NCBI GenBank assembly: GCA_038897035.1
Contig: JAWAXF010000005.1
Span: forward strand, 4,648 to 68,647
DNA from: Candidatus Bathyarchaeia archaeon
GTDB taxonomy: Archaea > Thermoproteota > Bathyarchaeia > Bathyarchaeales > DTEX01
Length of the DNA stretch: 64,000 bases
Reading direction: 5' to 3'
Part shown: positions 21,335 through 31,319 of the stretch, one piece after another
How the letters are laid out: each line of letters starts with the position of its first letter
Position numbering within the stretch: the stretch's first letter is position 1
The notes under the pieces: generated by a model
Seen by the model: only the letters and a program-made list of their open reading frames with translations
What the model was told of the DNA's origin: nothing
Database searches by the model: none
Program-made: the position numbers and the translations under genes

Positions 21335-22007
21335 AGACCTCAATGAAACGCACAGTCTTCTTCTCTGGAAAGAACCTCTGTATGTCTAGGGATATGCCCC
21401 GCTTAATAATCTGTATTCCCTCGATGTAATAAGCTTCCTCTGGAACGTTTATTGCGACGCTATCCTCTCTAATCTCAAGTATGAATTTCTCCGCGTCCAC
21501 CTGCGGGACCCTGCGGTGGATGAGCGCCTTAATCTTCTCTTCAATTGTTTCAATCTTCTTTCTCACGGTAATTTCATAGATAAGTGTCTTCCCCGCTAAT
21601 GGGGGATTAAAGTCCAGTTGAACTCTACCGCCGCTTATCGCTCGGACGGTCGCTATTCTCCCGTCAACCTCAATCCTCATGCCAACCTTTGGCGCTACTC
21701 CCTGCGCTGTAAACCTCCTAAGGGGGTACATCTTAACTTTCTCTGGGTCTCTATTTCCGAAACCTTTTTCAGGAGGAATCTCTATGGTTACTGTTTGCCC
21801 TACATCGAGGTTCTGGATTGCTTCATCAAGGGCCTTTAGAATCCAACCCTCCCCCAAGACGACGAGTTTGGGCTCATATACCGCGCCCTCCTGGTAAATG
21901 CCCTCTTTCTTAGAGACCTCTTCAATGGTTGTGTCGAAGATCTCCCCTGTCTCAGCGACCTTGGCGACGTAATCTATCAGTAGGAAATCCCCTTTCTCGA
22001 AGGGCAA
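21282..22007 (-). CDS. FKBP-type peptidyl-prolyl cis-trans isomerase (long archaeal type)
   Basis: 'GDFLLIDYVAKVAETGEIFDTT' N-terminus, IF-insert and 'GRVQLDFNPPLAGKTLIYEITV' are typical FKBP/SlyD-like. The 3' end overlaps the convergent UPF0179 gene by 53 nt. Confidence 0.8.
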   Translation of the reverse strand: MPFEKGDFLLIDYVAKVAETGEIFDTTIEEVSKKEGIYQEGAVYEPKLVVLGEGWILKALDEAIQNLDVGQTVTIEIPPEKGFGNRDPEKVKMYPLRRFTAQGVAPKVGMRIEVDGRIATVRAISGGRVQLDFNPPLAGKTLIYEITVRKKIETIEEKIKALIHRRVPQVDAEKFILEIREDSVAINVPEEAYYIEGIQIIKRGISLDIQRFFPEKKTVRFIEVFTRKEPSSEAPSSTGAP

Positions 22008-22069
22008 GTTAACGCACCCGGCAAAGGAATAGCGAAGTCTATAATATAAATCTTACACAAACTTTAGGG

Positions 22070-22768
22070 TTAAATTTCCTCCTGCCTTAACTCAACATCC
22101 ACCTCGATACCTTTAATAGCGATTAGGGCATAGTTGCCCTGCTTAGCTGGCCCCGGATTAACTATAACTGTATCACCTATGCGATCAATCCCCTTGGCCT
22201 CATGTATGTGCCCGCACAGCGCTAGCAGCGGCTTCTTCTCTTCAATAAACCTTCTCACGCTAATGCTTCCAGCATGTATTCCCATAAACGTCCTATCTAA
22301 CTTAGTGTTCTTCGGAGGCGTGTGTGAAATAAGTATTATTCCCACGCACCTCGCCAGTTCATGAAGATTCTCCACACACCTCTGGAGGATCTTTGCTATT
22401 TCCTCTTCCTTCATCTCAAAGAACGTATTGAATGGCGATATGGTGCCACCGCCAAGACCGACAAAAGCCAAGTTATTGTGAATGAAGACTCCGCCATGGA
22501 TGCAGGTTAAACCATCTAGCTTAAGTTCTGTCAAGGAGGGCGGGTCACAATTTCCAGGGACGAAGATCGTGGGGGTTCCAGTTCCGGCTAATATTGTCAG
22601 TAGATTCTTTGCCTGCTCAACCGTGCTGAAGTTCGTTATGTCCCCGCATATAACCGCTAGATCCGCTCCGCTCCCTCTTATATTTTTAGCGAAGACCTCA
22701 AAAGCCCTCCTTGAGCCGTGGAAGTCTACCCCAGCAATAATCCTTACGCTCTTCTCATCTCCATTCAA
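22070..22768 (-). CDS. Small calcineurin-like metallophosphoesterase
   Basis: Motifs 'GVDFHG', 'VICGDITN', 'VPGNCDP', 'SHTPP' and 'CGHIHE'. 232 aa. The start lies 2 nt after the upstream HerA-like stop. Confidence 0.7.
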   Translation of the reverse strand: MNGDEKSVRIIAGVDFHGSRRAFEVFAKNIRGSGADLAVICGDITNFSTVEQAKNLLTILAGTGTPTIFVPGNCDPPSLTELKLDGLTCIHGGVFIHNNLAFVGLGGGTISPFNTFFEMKEEEIAKILQRCVENLHELARCVGIILISHTPPKNTKLDRTFMGIHAGSISVRRFIEEKKPLLALCGHIHEAKGIDRIGDTVIVNPGPAKQGNYALIAIKGIEVDVELRQEEI

Positions 22769-22770
22769 GA

Positions 22771-24369
22771 TTATTCACTCCTAAAATCCCGTAGGTGGAG
22801 GGGTAAACTATGCTCTACCCTCTCATTGGTGTTCTCCTCCATCTTCTCCCAGGCAGTCTTAGCGGAGGCTGCCGCCTTCCTCGGATACTCCTCAACCTCT
22901 ATCTCAACGATTATTGGGAATGGTGCTGGTACCGCAAGCCCCCATAGAATGGTCTCATGGTCTGCTAGGCCTGGCAGGTAATCTTTGAGCCTCTCTGAGC
23001 CATATTCCGTATACTCTAAGACCGCGTTCTGGTCGTTTCCGCTCCGGAGCCTAAAACATGCCACAGTATTGCACTGTGATATACAGCTCTTAAGAACATA
23101 GGCTGGTCTCTGAGTCATTATCACCAGGCCAACATTGTATCCGCCTGCCTGGCTTATCGTCTCAATCATCGATGCCTTAGCCTCGGATTGGGCGCTTGAC
23201 TCCTTTATTTCGACACCCCTCTCTGGGGCGAAATACTGCGCTTCCTCAACAACTATTATACATGCGAAGTCCCCATGATCCCCTCGTTTTATAGCATACT
23301 CCCTGATTTGATTTAGGATCTGGCTTGCAGTTCTATGCTGTGCTTCGATGTCAGAGTCTGCTGAGAAGTCAACTATTAAGGTATGGCTCTTCATTATCTC
23401 CTCCACCACGTCAAGCGGCTCACTCTGCTTATCTAGAAATTCACCCCTATTCTCTATAAACCACATGATGCTGCCGAGATATTTGCTCTTGCTTTCTGGC
23501 GTCTTAACCATGCTCCCATGCTCTATTACCTCACGGACCTTAGCAGCCAAATTCTTCCTCAAGAGTTCACCCCCCTCAGATAATAGCGCCCTAGCGGCCT
23601 CCAGAACAATATCCCGTTCCCTCCCCTTAAGCCCCATTTTCTCAACAATGAGTCTTGGATTATTTATTGGCGGCGTAAACCTGTTGTAGGGGATTATCCT
23701 AGCACCGTACTTCACTAGGCTGGAGTACTCCCCCCTCCTATCAAATATGATGAAGCGGGGCCTCGGTCTGAGAGCGCTGGCTCTAGCAACCATGTTAATT
23801 ATAAAGCTCGATTTGCCAGACCTCGTCATGCCGGCTACGAACATGTGCCCCCTAGCTATGGCATTTAGGTCTATGTATGCCGGAATCCTCGTCCCTCTAA
23901 TCTTCCCTATTTCTAGTAGGAGTGCGTCCCCCGCGCCTCTTTTGAATGCTAGGAAGCGCTCTAGGGCCTTCTCGCTTGGCTCATAGACGCTGTCCCACGG
24001 GGATGGGGCAACCTCAAGGGAGCGCCATTTGCCCCTCTCATCATAATATCCTAGAATCTCGGCGAGCGCGACCGTATACTCAAGTCGTTTTCCATAGTCT
24101 GCCCTAAGGCCCTTCTTGCCGGCAAGCGGCCCAACCCTGCCGGTGAGCATCTCCGGGTTATATGGTTGAACCTTAAAGACTCTTGTAAGCACGTATATCT
24201 CCGGCTTTAGTGGGTGCCTGATAAAGTAGAAGTTGTTGACCTTAACGCGCTTCTCCTCCATAACCACAAATGAAAGTAGGTCGTGTGTACAGCCGGATAA
24301 TGCGTATCCGACCAGTTCTAGCTCCTCTGAATGGCCGACTGTCCTCTCATCAACCATGTTCTCACACAC
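22771..24369 (-). CDS. herA: HerA-like FtsK/HerA-superfamily ATPase (paralog 1)
   Basis: Walker A 'VAGMTRSGKSS' and Walker B 'CIIVVEEAQYFAPE'. N-terminal barrel-like region and 'LVIMTQRP' motif. Overlaps the upstream NurA-like gene by 8 nt. Confidence 0.75.
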   Translation of the reverse strand: MCENMVDERTVGHSEELELVGYALSGCTHDLLSFVVMEEKRVKVNNFYFIRHPLKPEIYVLTRVFKVQPYNPEMLTGRVGPLAGKKGLRADYGKRLEYTVALAEILGYYDERGKWRSLEVAPSPWDSVYEPSEKALERFLAFKRGAGDALLLEIGKIRGTRIPAYIDLNAIARGHMFVAGMTRSGKSSFIINMVARASALRPRPRFIIFDRRGEYSSLVKYGARIIPYNRFTPPINNPRLIVEKMGLKGRERDIVLEAARALLSEGGELLRKNLAAKVREVIEHGSMVKTPESKSKYLGSIMWFIENRGEFLDKQSEPLDVVEEIMKSHTLIVDFSADSDIEAQHRTASQILNQIREYAIKRGDHGDFACIIVVEEAQYFAPERGVEIKESSAQSEAKASMIETISQAGGYNVGLVIMTQRPAYVLKSCISQCNTVACFRLRSGNDQNAVLEYTEYGSERLKDYLPGLADHETILWGLAVPAPFPIIVEIEVEEYPRKAAASAKTAWEKMEENTNERVEHSLPLHLRDFRSE

Positions 24370-25552
24370 CCAACAAGCCCCTTAAATGTTCTCCATCCCT
24401 GAGAACCCAGTTCTCACCATGCTGCAATGTTAGGAGGTTCAGGTCCTCCGGGCCTAAATCGCCCCTCTTTACGAGATCCAGCGCCTTGGAGTAAATCATG
24501 AGTGTCCGTATATTTGATAGGGAAGTGTTTATCCTAACTAGGCTATCAGCCTCCTTCAGCGCGAAGGGTATCCCGTCAACCTCAGAAGTCGCCAAAATTA
24601 TTGAGCCCACGTCCTCTAACCTATCCACACAGTATCTTGGAACCTCCAACCGGAATGGTGTCGTAAAGCCGGTCTTGGCATAGGAGAAGTGGATGCCCAA
24701 TATGTCCTCAATTTCCCTATCTGGTATCCCGATTTTATGGCACACTTTCCTGCATCGGCCGGGAACGCTGCCTTTTTCCGGGATTATCTTTGGCAGCGTG
24801 TACTCGCCTAAACCTAATATTGCATCTAAAAGGGCCGTGTCCCTCATCCTTGGGAAACCCAGCTCAGAGCATATATCGTTCACACGTGTCCTCTTAACAA
24901 AGCCGACCACCGGAATATCCATTTTAAAGCAGGCATACAATAAATCTATTAGCTTGAGAACAGCTGAGTCGAAGTCCCTCTTATACTCTTCCGTTGAGCC
25001 GGGCATCGTTGGCAGCAGCCAGAAGTTTAGCAGCAATGGGCCATCCAAGAGAACATATCTTGGCATCCAGCGCTCAATTGCATCCAAGGTTACCTCAAAT
25101 TGTAGCTTAAACGCTAGCAGGGATTCCCTGTCGCGGGCGCGCGTCTCATCCGGCCATACGTCCTGCTCGTCCACCCGGAATATTGGCTCATCAATTATCA
25201 TCTTTCCCTCCGCGGCTACGGCTGCTGATGCATAGAGTGGTATGAACGCCGATCTGAGGTCTACACCGTTACTACTTGCGTCTGAGGCAACCAGCCTCAG
25301 GTTAGATACGCTCTCCTCTACAATAAATCTACCGATAGGTATCTTTTCCCTCAGATCCCTTAGTAAAGCCCTCCTCCTCTCATTGTACTCCTTTAGCTTC
25401 CTAACTATCGTATCCGTCCCACTGTTAATTAGTTTGTCATATAGTCTTGGGTGAAATGTCTCGCTTTCGCTCTCGCTGGTTATTGGCGAGAGAAAGTCCC
25501 TCATGAATGGAATGGCTCTTTTAAAGATATCCCGACTATTCAGCCCACTCAT
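24362..25552 (-). CDS. nurA: NurA-like nuclease (paralog 1)
   Basis: NurA signature blocks 'LVASDASSNG', 'YVLLDGPLL' and 'VVGFVKRTRVND'. 396 aa. Confidence 0.7.
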   Translation of the reverse strand: MSGLNSRDIFKRAIPFMRDFLSPITSESESETFHPRLYDKLINSGTDTIVRKLKEYNERRRALLRDLREKIPIGRFIVEESVSNLRLVASDASSNGVDLRSAFIPLYASAAVAAEGKMIIDEPIFRVDEQDVWPDETRARDRESLLAFKLQFEVTLDAIERWMPRYVLLDGPLLLNFWLLPTMPGSTEEYKRDFDSAVLKLIDLLYACFKMDIPVVGFVKRTRVNDICSELGFPRMRDTALLDAILGLGEYTLPKIIPEKGSVPGRCRKVCHKIGIPDREIEDILGIHFSYAKTGFTTPFRLEVPRYCVDRLEDVGSIILATSEVDGIPFALKEADSLVRINTSLSNIRTLMIYSKALDLVKRGDLGPEDLNLLTLQHGENWVLRDGEHLRGLLGV

Positions 25553-25587
25553 GTCAAGTCATAGAATTTTTTATGTACACCTCTCCA

Positions 25588-26118
25588 TTAAGTCTTATGG
25601 GACTCAAAAGGGTAAGGTCTTCCATACTCATTTAGAAAGACTGTTTCCTCCCTCGGCTTTCTCGGCCTAGGCGCGGGTTTTTCATCCGAGTATCCGATCG
25701 TCAGCAATATTATGACTCTAAGGTTCTCTGGAACATTCAGTATCTGTCTAACCCCCTCCTCCTTGAATCTGCCTACCCAGCATACGCCAAGCCCCTCCTC
25801 GCACGCCTCAAGCGTCATGAAGCTGGCTGCTATAAACGGGTCCTGATTAAACCGCGCTGAGACGCTCGGGTCGCCTAAAATCGCTATCACAGCGCCAGCC
25901 TCACCAACATGTCTCTGCCCCTCACATGCATCAACAAGCTTGCCTTTAATCTCATCATCCTCAACAACTATGAAGTACCATGGCTGCAGGTTACGCGCTG
26001 ATGGCGCGAGCCTCCCGGCTTCAAGGATCTTCTCAAGAATATCTTTTGGTACGCGCTCTCTCCTATATTTCCTGATGGATCTCCTCTCGGAAATAACCCT
26101 GAATACCTCCATCCCCAA
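25588..26118 (-). CDS. Nitroreductase-family protein
   Basis: 'RRSIRKYRRERVPKD..L.AGRLAPSARNLQPW.FIVV' is a typical nitroreductase N-terminus. 176 aa. Confidence 0.8.
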   Translation of the reverse strand: MGMEVFRVISERRSIRKYRRERVPKDILEKILEAGRLAPSARNLQPWYFIVVEDDEIKGKLVDACEGQRHVGEAGAVIAILGDPSVSARFNQDPFIAASFMTLEACEEGLGVCWVGRFKEEGVRQILNVPENLRVIILLTIGYSDEKPAPRPRKPREETVFLNEYGRPYPFESHKT

Positions 26119-26205
26119 TAACCCCCATTAGTTGCCATATTAAAGATACCAGGCATATAACTCTTTACTTATGATTATGGGGGGCAAAAGCCTAAAGGGA
26201 GCTGT

Positions 26206-27378
26206 CTAGAATGGCTTCTGTGGGTTTAGGAAGGCAAAGAAGGCTTTGACGGCCTCGAGGCTCTCGTTATCCCTCGCGATCTTCTCTAGTACTCTTCCCT
26301 CAATCTCTGAGACAAACTCTTCAGTGAATTTTGAGGATATGTTGACTAGGCTATCCACGAGGTCTAGGGCTAGGGGGAGGTTCGTCGTTTCATTAAAGAG
26401 ACCCTCCTCAGATAATAGGTCCCTCAAATCCATCGTGTCAGGATACTCTAGCTCGCAAGGCGGTAGATCTCCATAGAATCTTACTTGCGCTCTCCTCATG
26501 CTAGCAAATCCCTTTGCGGGTAAATCCAGCATGTCGAAAGGTCTATATGTTCCTTTTCTAGCGATTTCGCGCAAATCATCAATAGACCCTGATATTCTTG
26601 ATGCGAAGGCTGCGGCCTTGGTATATGTTACGGGGTGCTCGTCGCTTATTACGCTATTGTATTCTAGGAATGATCTTTCAGGCATGATTAGGGCCAATAT
26701 ATGTTTATCAAGGATGTTTATAAAGTCCTTACAGCTAAGCTCTAGGAGCATGTAGCCTCCAATAATTCTGGAGTGGCTCCTCTTTATAACACCTAGCACC
26801 TTTCCACTTTTCCTTAATTCCTCGGTTATATTGAATATGTTTTCGAGGATTTCCCTCTCCCTTCTCTCTAAGGAGCCACTTTTCTTCATGGCTAGGGCTG
26901 GATAGACAAAACTGTAAAAGCTTCCGTCGAGAAAGAGTATATTGCATTCCTTTAATGCTTTCTGAGCCGTCTCCCTCTCATGCAGGGTTGTAACAAGATC
27001 AAATAGACGCTTACTATTCTCTCTGGAAAGAGCTTGCCTGCACCTGAAGATACCCGGCTTAAATTCCTCCCTCCTCTTAAATCCCCTCAAGTAAACTATC
27101 CCAGTTGCGTAGACCCCATACTTTATTCCTAGTCTCTCGCTAAGTTTAGGCGACCTTGAACTATCAACGGCCGCGATGGTGGACCTCCTATATTGATCTG
27201 GAAGGGGACGAATATGGTGAGTGATGCGGGTCTTAAGCTTCTTGAGACTCTCATTTATGCTCATTATCACCTTGGATAGTTCCTCTGCCTCCTTAGCCGC
27301 TAGCTCAAAGAAGCCATGCTGCAGATCTATCGGCAGCTTAATCCACTCAGGAGCCTCGCTCAGTTCCTCGCCCATCAA
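26206..27378 (-). CDS. nurA: NurA-like nuclease (paralog 2)
   Basis: Blocks 'IAAVDSSRS', 'ILFLDGSFYSF' and 'VLGVIKRSHSRI' match NurA catalytic motifs. The start lies 1 nt after the upstream HerA-like stop. Confidence 0.65.
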   Translation of the reverse strand: MMGEELSEAPEWIKLPIDLQHGFFELAAKEAEELSKVIMSINESLKKLKTRITHHIRPLPDQYRRSTIAAVDSSRSPKLSERLGIKYGVYATGIVYLRGFKRREEFKPGIFRCRQALSRENSKRLFDLVTTLHERETAQKALKECNILFLDGSFYSFVYPALAMKKSGSLERREREILENIFNITEELRKSGKVLGVIKRSHSRIIGGYMLLELSCKDFINILDKHILALIMPERSFLEYNSVISDEHPVTYTKAAAFASRISGSIDDLREIARKGTYRPFDMLDLPAKGFASMRRAQVRFYGDLPPCELEYPDTMDLRDLLSEEGLFNETTNLPLALDLVDSLVNISSKFTEEFVSEIEGRVLEKIARDNESLEAVKAFFAFLNPQKPF

Positions 27379-27379
27379 C

Positions 27380-28867
27380 CTATCCCCCTTGGATAGATGG
27401 CGGGATATAGGTGATTAGTAGTGGTACTGGGGATGGATTCATGGCGCCCGCGAAGTAGAATCTGCCTGGCTTAAGCTGTAGTAGGTGGCTGGCTGAGATT
27501 CCATAGGGTGATAGCCACTCAGAGGCTCCGCCCTCACCGCTCGCATCAAGCGGGTGTATCCTGCCGAAGAAATGCGTATTAAGGTTCCTCCTAACAGCAG
27601 CGTTCACGCCTATCTCACCCTTTATGCCCTGGGATATAAGCGTTAAGTTCAGCATTCTCTTTCTCCCAAGTGCGGCCAAATTTTTTATCATCTCGCATGT
27701 TTCAGCCTGTATTCCCCGGGCATCCCATGGAGCGTACTGTGGCGCCTCATCTATTATGAGGGCTATTCCAAGGCTCTTTCCAGCCTCCATTAGGCTGTAG
27801 AGGTGCCTTGATAGCGATAGGAAGAAGCCCAGCTTAGCCTCAGTTAATGCCCCGCCCATATCTATGGCAAGTATGCCCCTACGTTCCAACTCGGCGACGA
27901 GCTCCTCTATAGTTAAGACACCCATAACTGGCTGGAGGTCAGAGGGCTTAAGCCTCCTAAATACCCTCCTAAGCACCCTCTGGGCGGCAGCTTTTGAAAC
28001 CCTATGTTCTATGGTGGCCACGGAGTTCTCAATGTAGTTCTTCAGTTCTTTATAGAGGTGTTCGTTGGGGCTCTCTGAGTTAATGTAAGCCTCCTTCACC
28101 TTTGTATGCCATCCATCCACAAACTCATCGAAGAACTCTCTAAGAGCCTCATTTTTCGAGAAGTTAAAGGTTTTATTGCTAAAATAGCTCATTATCGATT
28201 CCTCATCGAGGGCTATCTCTGATAACTTGATGACCTCCTTTTCCCCTAGTAGGGGCGCGTAGTCGCTCCCGCTCCAGTCAAGTATAAGCACTTTATAGCC
28301 AACCCGCCTATACAGCGGGACAAGAATATACCTTGTAAACCAGGATTTACCGCAGCCGGTGCTCCCATATACGCCGGCATGATATGGTATGAAGTTCTTG
28401 TCGAAAGGGACCTTCCAGCTAGGGTGCCCTTCAATGTAAGCGTCTGACCAGACTACATCTCGCCCCTTAGCGATGTACTCCAGCGGCTTATCCCCTTCCT
28501 CAAGCAGGTAGACTGGCGACCTAGGCTGAATTATAGCCCTATTCGGCTCTATGCCCCCACTAGTTATTATGCCTATAGGTTCTATGGCGAATGAGTATAC
28601 TTCCCTAGCCCCGGATGGCTCCCCTCCATGCCTCAGATAAGCGACGTCAGGCCTATAAGAGGTATAACTTAAAAACTCGTTCTTCCCAAGCCCCTCTCTT
28701 AAAACTCCAATTATCTCGTTAACCGGGCTTTCTTCCCCACCATTCTTGATTAATACTAGGTCCTCAGCCACAATATAGTTTTCCATACCTTTAAGCAGGA
28801 TAAGCCTAGCCCTAGTCTCCGTGGCTCCATCTGCAACTCTTCCGATAAGCCTCAAGAACCCCACCAA
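27380..28867 (-). CDS. herA: HerA-like FtsK/HerA-superfamily ATPase (paralog 2)
   Basis: Walker A 'GVYGSTGCGKSW' and Walker B 'ALIIDEAPQYAP', plus 'LTLISQG' and an N-terminal barrel-like domain. 495 aa. Confidence 0.7.
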   Translation of the reverse strand: MVGFLRLIGRVADGATETRARLILLKGMENYIVAEDLVLIKNGGEESPVNEIIGVLREGLGKNEFLSYTSYRPDVAYLRHGGEPSGAREVYSFAIEPIGIITSGGIEPNRAIIQPRSPVYLLEEGDKPLEYIAKGRDVVWSDAYIEGHPSWKVPFDKNFIPYHAGVYGSTGCGKSWFTRYILVPLYRRVGYKVLILDWSGSDYAPLLGEKEVIKLSEIALDEESIMSYFSNKTFNFSKNEALREFFDEFVDGWHTKVKEAYINSESPNEHLYKELKNYIENSVATIEHRVSKAAAQRVLRRVFRRLKPSDLQPVMGVLTIEELVAELERRGILAIDMGGALTEAKLGFFLSLSRHLYSLMEAGKSLGIALIIDEAPQYAPWDARGIQAETCEMIKNLAALGRKRMLNLTLISQGIKGEIGVNAAVRRNLNTHFFGRIHPLDASGEGGASEWLSPYGISASHLLQLKPGRFYFAGAMNPSPVPLLITYIPPSIQGG

Positions 28868-28928
28868 TACAATGGAACTTCATAGAAATTATTCTTGATG
28901 GGGGTATTAAGTGTTAGTGTGCTTTGTC

Positions 28929-29954
28929 TTATCCATACGTTTTATGTGAAAGAAGTACAATCCATGTTTTAAGTCCGCCTTGGAGGATCCACCTGCTGGC
29001 GATAACCTCGTAGCCGAGCTCTTTAGCAATATTTTCCAGGAGACTATTATGTGTGGTTAGTAGGCAGACTCTTGAGCCCTCAGCCAGGAACTGTCTAAGT
29101 GACCTAAGGAAATTCTTATACATCGTTGGGATCACCTTAAGCCTACCACTTCTAATACCGAAGGGAAGATTTGAGACAACCCTATCGGCCCTCCAGCCCA
29201 TTGGCAAAGCCCTCTCAAGCCTCCTTGCATCCCCAACAATAAACTTCACCTTGTCCCTCACGCCAGCGGCTTCGGCATTCATCCATGCCCCCTCAATGCT
29301 CTTTGGGCTTATATCGACGCCAATTAGCTCGAGGCCCCTCCACACTTGGGCAGCCTCGATTATTATTGTTCCGCTCCCGCAGAATGGATCTAGAACCTTA
29401 TCCCCAGGTCTTACACTAGCTATTCTAAGCATCGCGTATGCTATCACGGGGTTCAGCGCGGAGCGGTGTTGGAAGGCCCTTGGATAGCGTATTCGTAAAG
29501 AAACTCTGGTCTTCTGTATGCCTAAAACGCATAGATTGTGGGAGACGTCTACTCTAACAATGGTCTTAGGATTCTTTAAGTTCACTTTGCGGCTATACTT
29601 ATCTACAAGCGCCTGGCCGGCAACCCTCTGAACATCTATGCTTGTAAACTCGTGGGATCCAACCCTCTCGCATGTAACCCTGAATGTTGAGCCAAGCGGT
29701 ATATCAAAACCATAAACTCCCCTGTAAATCTGGTCTAGGCCGCTCTTATCACTCTTAACTTCAAATGTCCCTATTAGCTCTATAACATGTTCAATGCTCC
29801 TAAGCGTAAAAATCCTGTCATATTGGCTGATGGGAACACTCAACAGAACCCTGCCGCCGACACCACCAAACCTTGGCATAGAATCCAAGACATCAAACTT
29901 CTCACGAGCCTCTTCTACAACAATATCCTCTAAACCAGGCACAGTTGTAACCAT
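28929..29954 (-). CDS. THUMP-domain SAM-dependent RNA (tRNA guanine-N2) methyltransferase
   Basis: The N-terminal THUMP-like region starts 'MVTTVPGLEDIV'. Methyltransferase motif I 'VLDPFCGSGTIIIEA' and motif IV 'VVSNLPFG'. The ATG at 29954 is preferred over the longer listed ORF. Confidence 0.7.
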   Translation of the reverse strand: MVTTVPGLEDIVVEEAREKFDVLDSMPRFGGVGGRVLLSVPISQYDRIFTLRSIEHVIELIGTFEVKSDKSGLDQIYRGVYGFDIPLGSTFRVTCERVGSHEFTSIDVQRVAGQALVDKYSRKVNLKNPKTIVRVDVSHNLCVLGIQKTRVSLRIRYPRAFQHRSALNPVIAYAMLRIASVRPGDKVLDPFCGSGTIIIEAAQVWRGLELIGVDISPKSIEGAWMNAEAAGVRDKVKFIVGDARRLERALPMGWRADRVVSNLPFGIRSGRLKVIPTMYKNFLRSLRQFLAEGSRVCLLTTHNSLLENIAKELGYEVIASRWILQGGLKTWIVLLSHKTYG

Positions 29955-30200
29955 AAAGTCAACTACACAATTAAGTGAAGACTTAGGGCCCCTGACAGCG
30001 CCGCCAAACATAATCCATAACCTAACAAGGGAGAGAGCAAACATAAACCTATTGTGGAAGAAGATCAAAGACCTCTAGAGGAGGGAGGTGCCGCTTTATT
30101 AAAACTTTTAGCAAAAACTAGTCTAACAATAATAATTTCCCCCTTTCGAGAACCTATAATTAAAGCTTTATAAGGCTTAATAGTTCATATTTTAGGGATT

Positions 30201-30404
30201 GTGGTATCTGATTTGAGATGGTATTATTGGGCTGGAATAATAATCTTTGTCATTCTGGGAATCTCTACAGTGATTCCTGCGCCTGCAAGCAAGGTATCCC
30301 TGCTAGGCTACTATGCCCACTGCTCCTTCGCCCCAATAAGCGCAATAATCTGCTTTATAATAGCTGGGGCAATGTACTGGCTTGGGAAAAAGAAAGAAAA
30401 ATAA
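30201..30404 (+). CDS. Hypothetical small two-TM membrane protein
   Basis: 67-aa ORF with two hydrophobic segments and a lysine-rich tail. No family recognised. Confidence 0.3.
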   Translation: MVSDLRWYYWAGIIIFVILGISTVIPAPASKVSLLGYYAHCSFAPISAIICFIIAGAMYWLGKKKEK

Positions 30405-30539
30405 TTCATGTAGCCCAAACTTCACCTTATTTTTAACTTATCGATTCTTTATCCTTGGGATAATCTTCAAATTAGTATAGAAAAGTGAGCAGGAATTTAT
30501 AGGAAGGTGAAAATAAAGAAGAAAGGAGTTTGGTTAGGT

Positions 30540-31319
30540 CTAAGCTGCGCCGTATAGTTTTGTAATCCCCTTTTTATCGCCTATGTAAAGATCTCTCTTA
30601 CTGGTTTCTCCAGCATAACTATAGCCATACATAGTCTCTTGGTATGCTGTACTCTGATAGACATCGCCCAATCCTATCCCGTGACCGAGCTCATGAGTCA
30701 CTATGTTCTGAAGATCCATTACTGTTAGACCCTGAGTAGCATTGTCCCATTCATAGTCTGTATCAAGTACTATATCGAATTCTATAATTGTCTTTGTCGC
30801 CTTATTGTACCAGAGGATTGTGACGGCAATAACGCCCCCGGTAGGATAGTTGCCCCAAACAATCGTGTTACACCCATCCAACTTATCGCTCGTCCATGCA
30901 AGGTCATCATAACCCTTATCTGTTATAGCAATGATGTCATTAAATAAATCTGGGGCTACTCCGTACCACGCAATACCCTCTAACTGACTATAAGCTCCAC
31001 TATCCCACTCCTCAGCTGCCATACCTATGGCTTTTATCACAAAATCTTGGCTCAGTCCACTACTAGAAGGATTTACTTCTAAATTAACCGGGAAAGTCTG
31101 CCATTTTGCACCTATAAGCTTGTAATAACCTGTCTCTTCTGATGGTGGCTTTGCCTTGCTTTTTACGAAGTGAATGAAAATAACTTGTTCGATATCTGGA
31201 GGTCGACTACTATCCAATTTTGCAAAAGCTAAGGGTATCATAGAACAACTTGCAAGCGCTATGATAAAAGCCATCAAAAATGCAGTAAATACTCTTTTAT
31301 CCATTTTCTCTCCCAACAT
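30540..31319 (-). CDS. Secreted/anchored metzincin-type zinc metalloprotease
   Basis: N-terminal signal/anchor 'VFTAFLMAFIIALASC', zinc motif 'HELGHGIGLGD' (HExxHxxGxxD) and a downstream Met-turn-like 'ETMYGY'. Confidence 0.65.
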   Translation of the reverse strand: MLGEKMDKRVFTAFLMAFIIALASCSMIPLAFAKLDSSRPPDIEQVIFIHFVKSKAKPPSEETGYYKLIGAKWQTFPVNLEVNPSSSGLSQDFVIKAIGMAAEEWDSGAYSQLEGIAWYGVAPDLFNDIIAITDKGYDDLAWTSDKLDGCNTIVWGNYPTGGVIAVTILWYNKATKTIIEFDIVLDTDYEWDNATQGLTVMDLQNIVTHELGHGIGLGDVYQSTAYQETMYGYSYAGETSKRDLYIGDKKGITKLYGAA

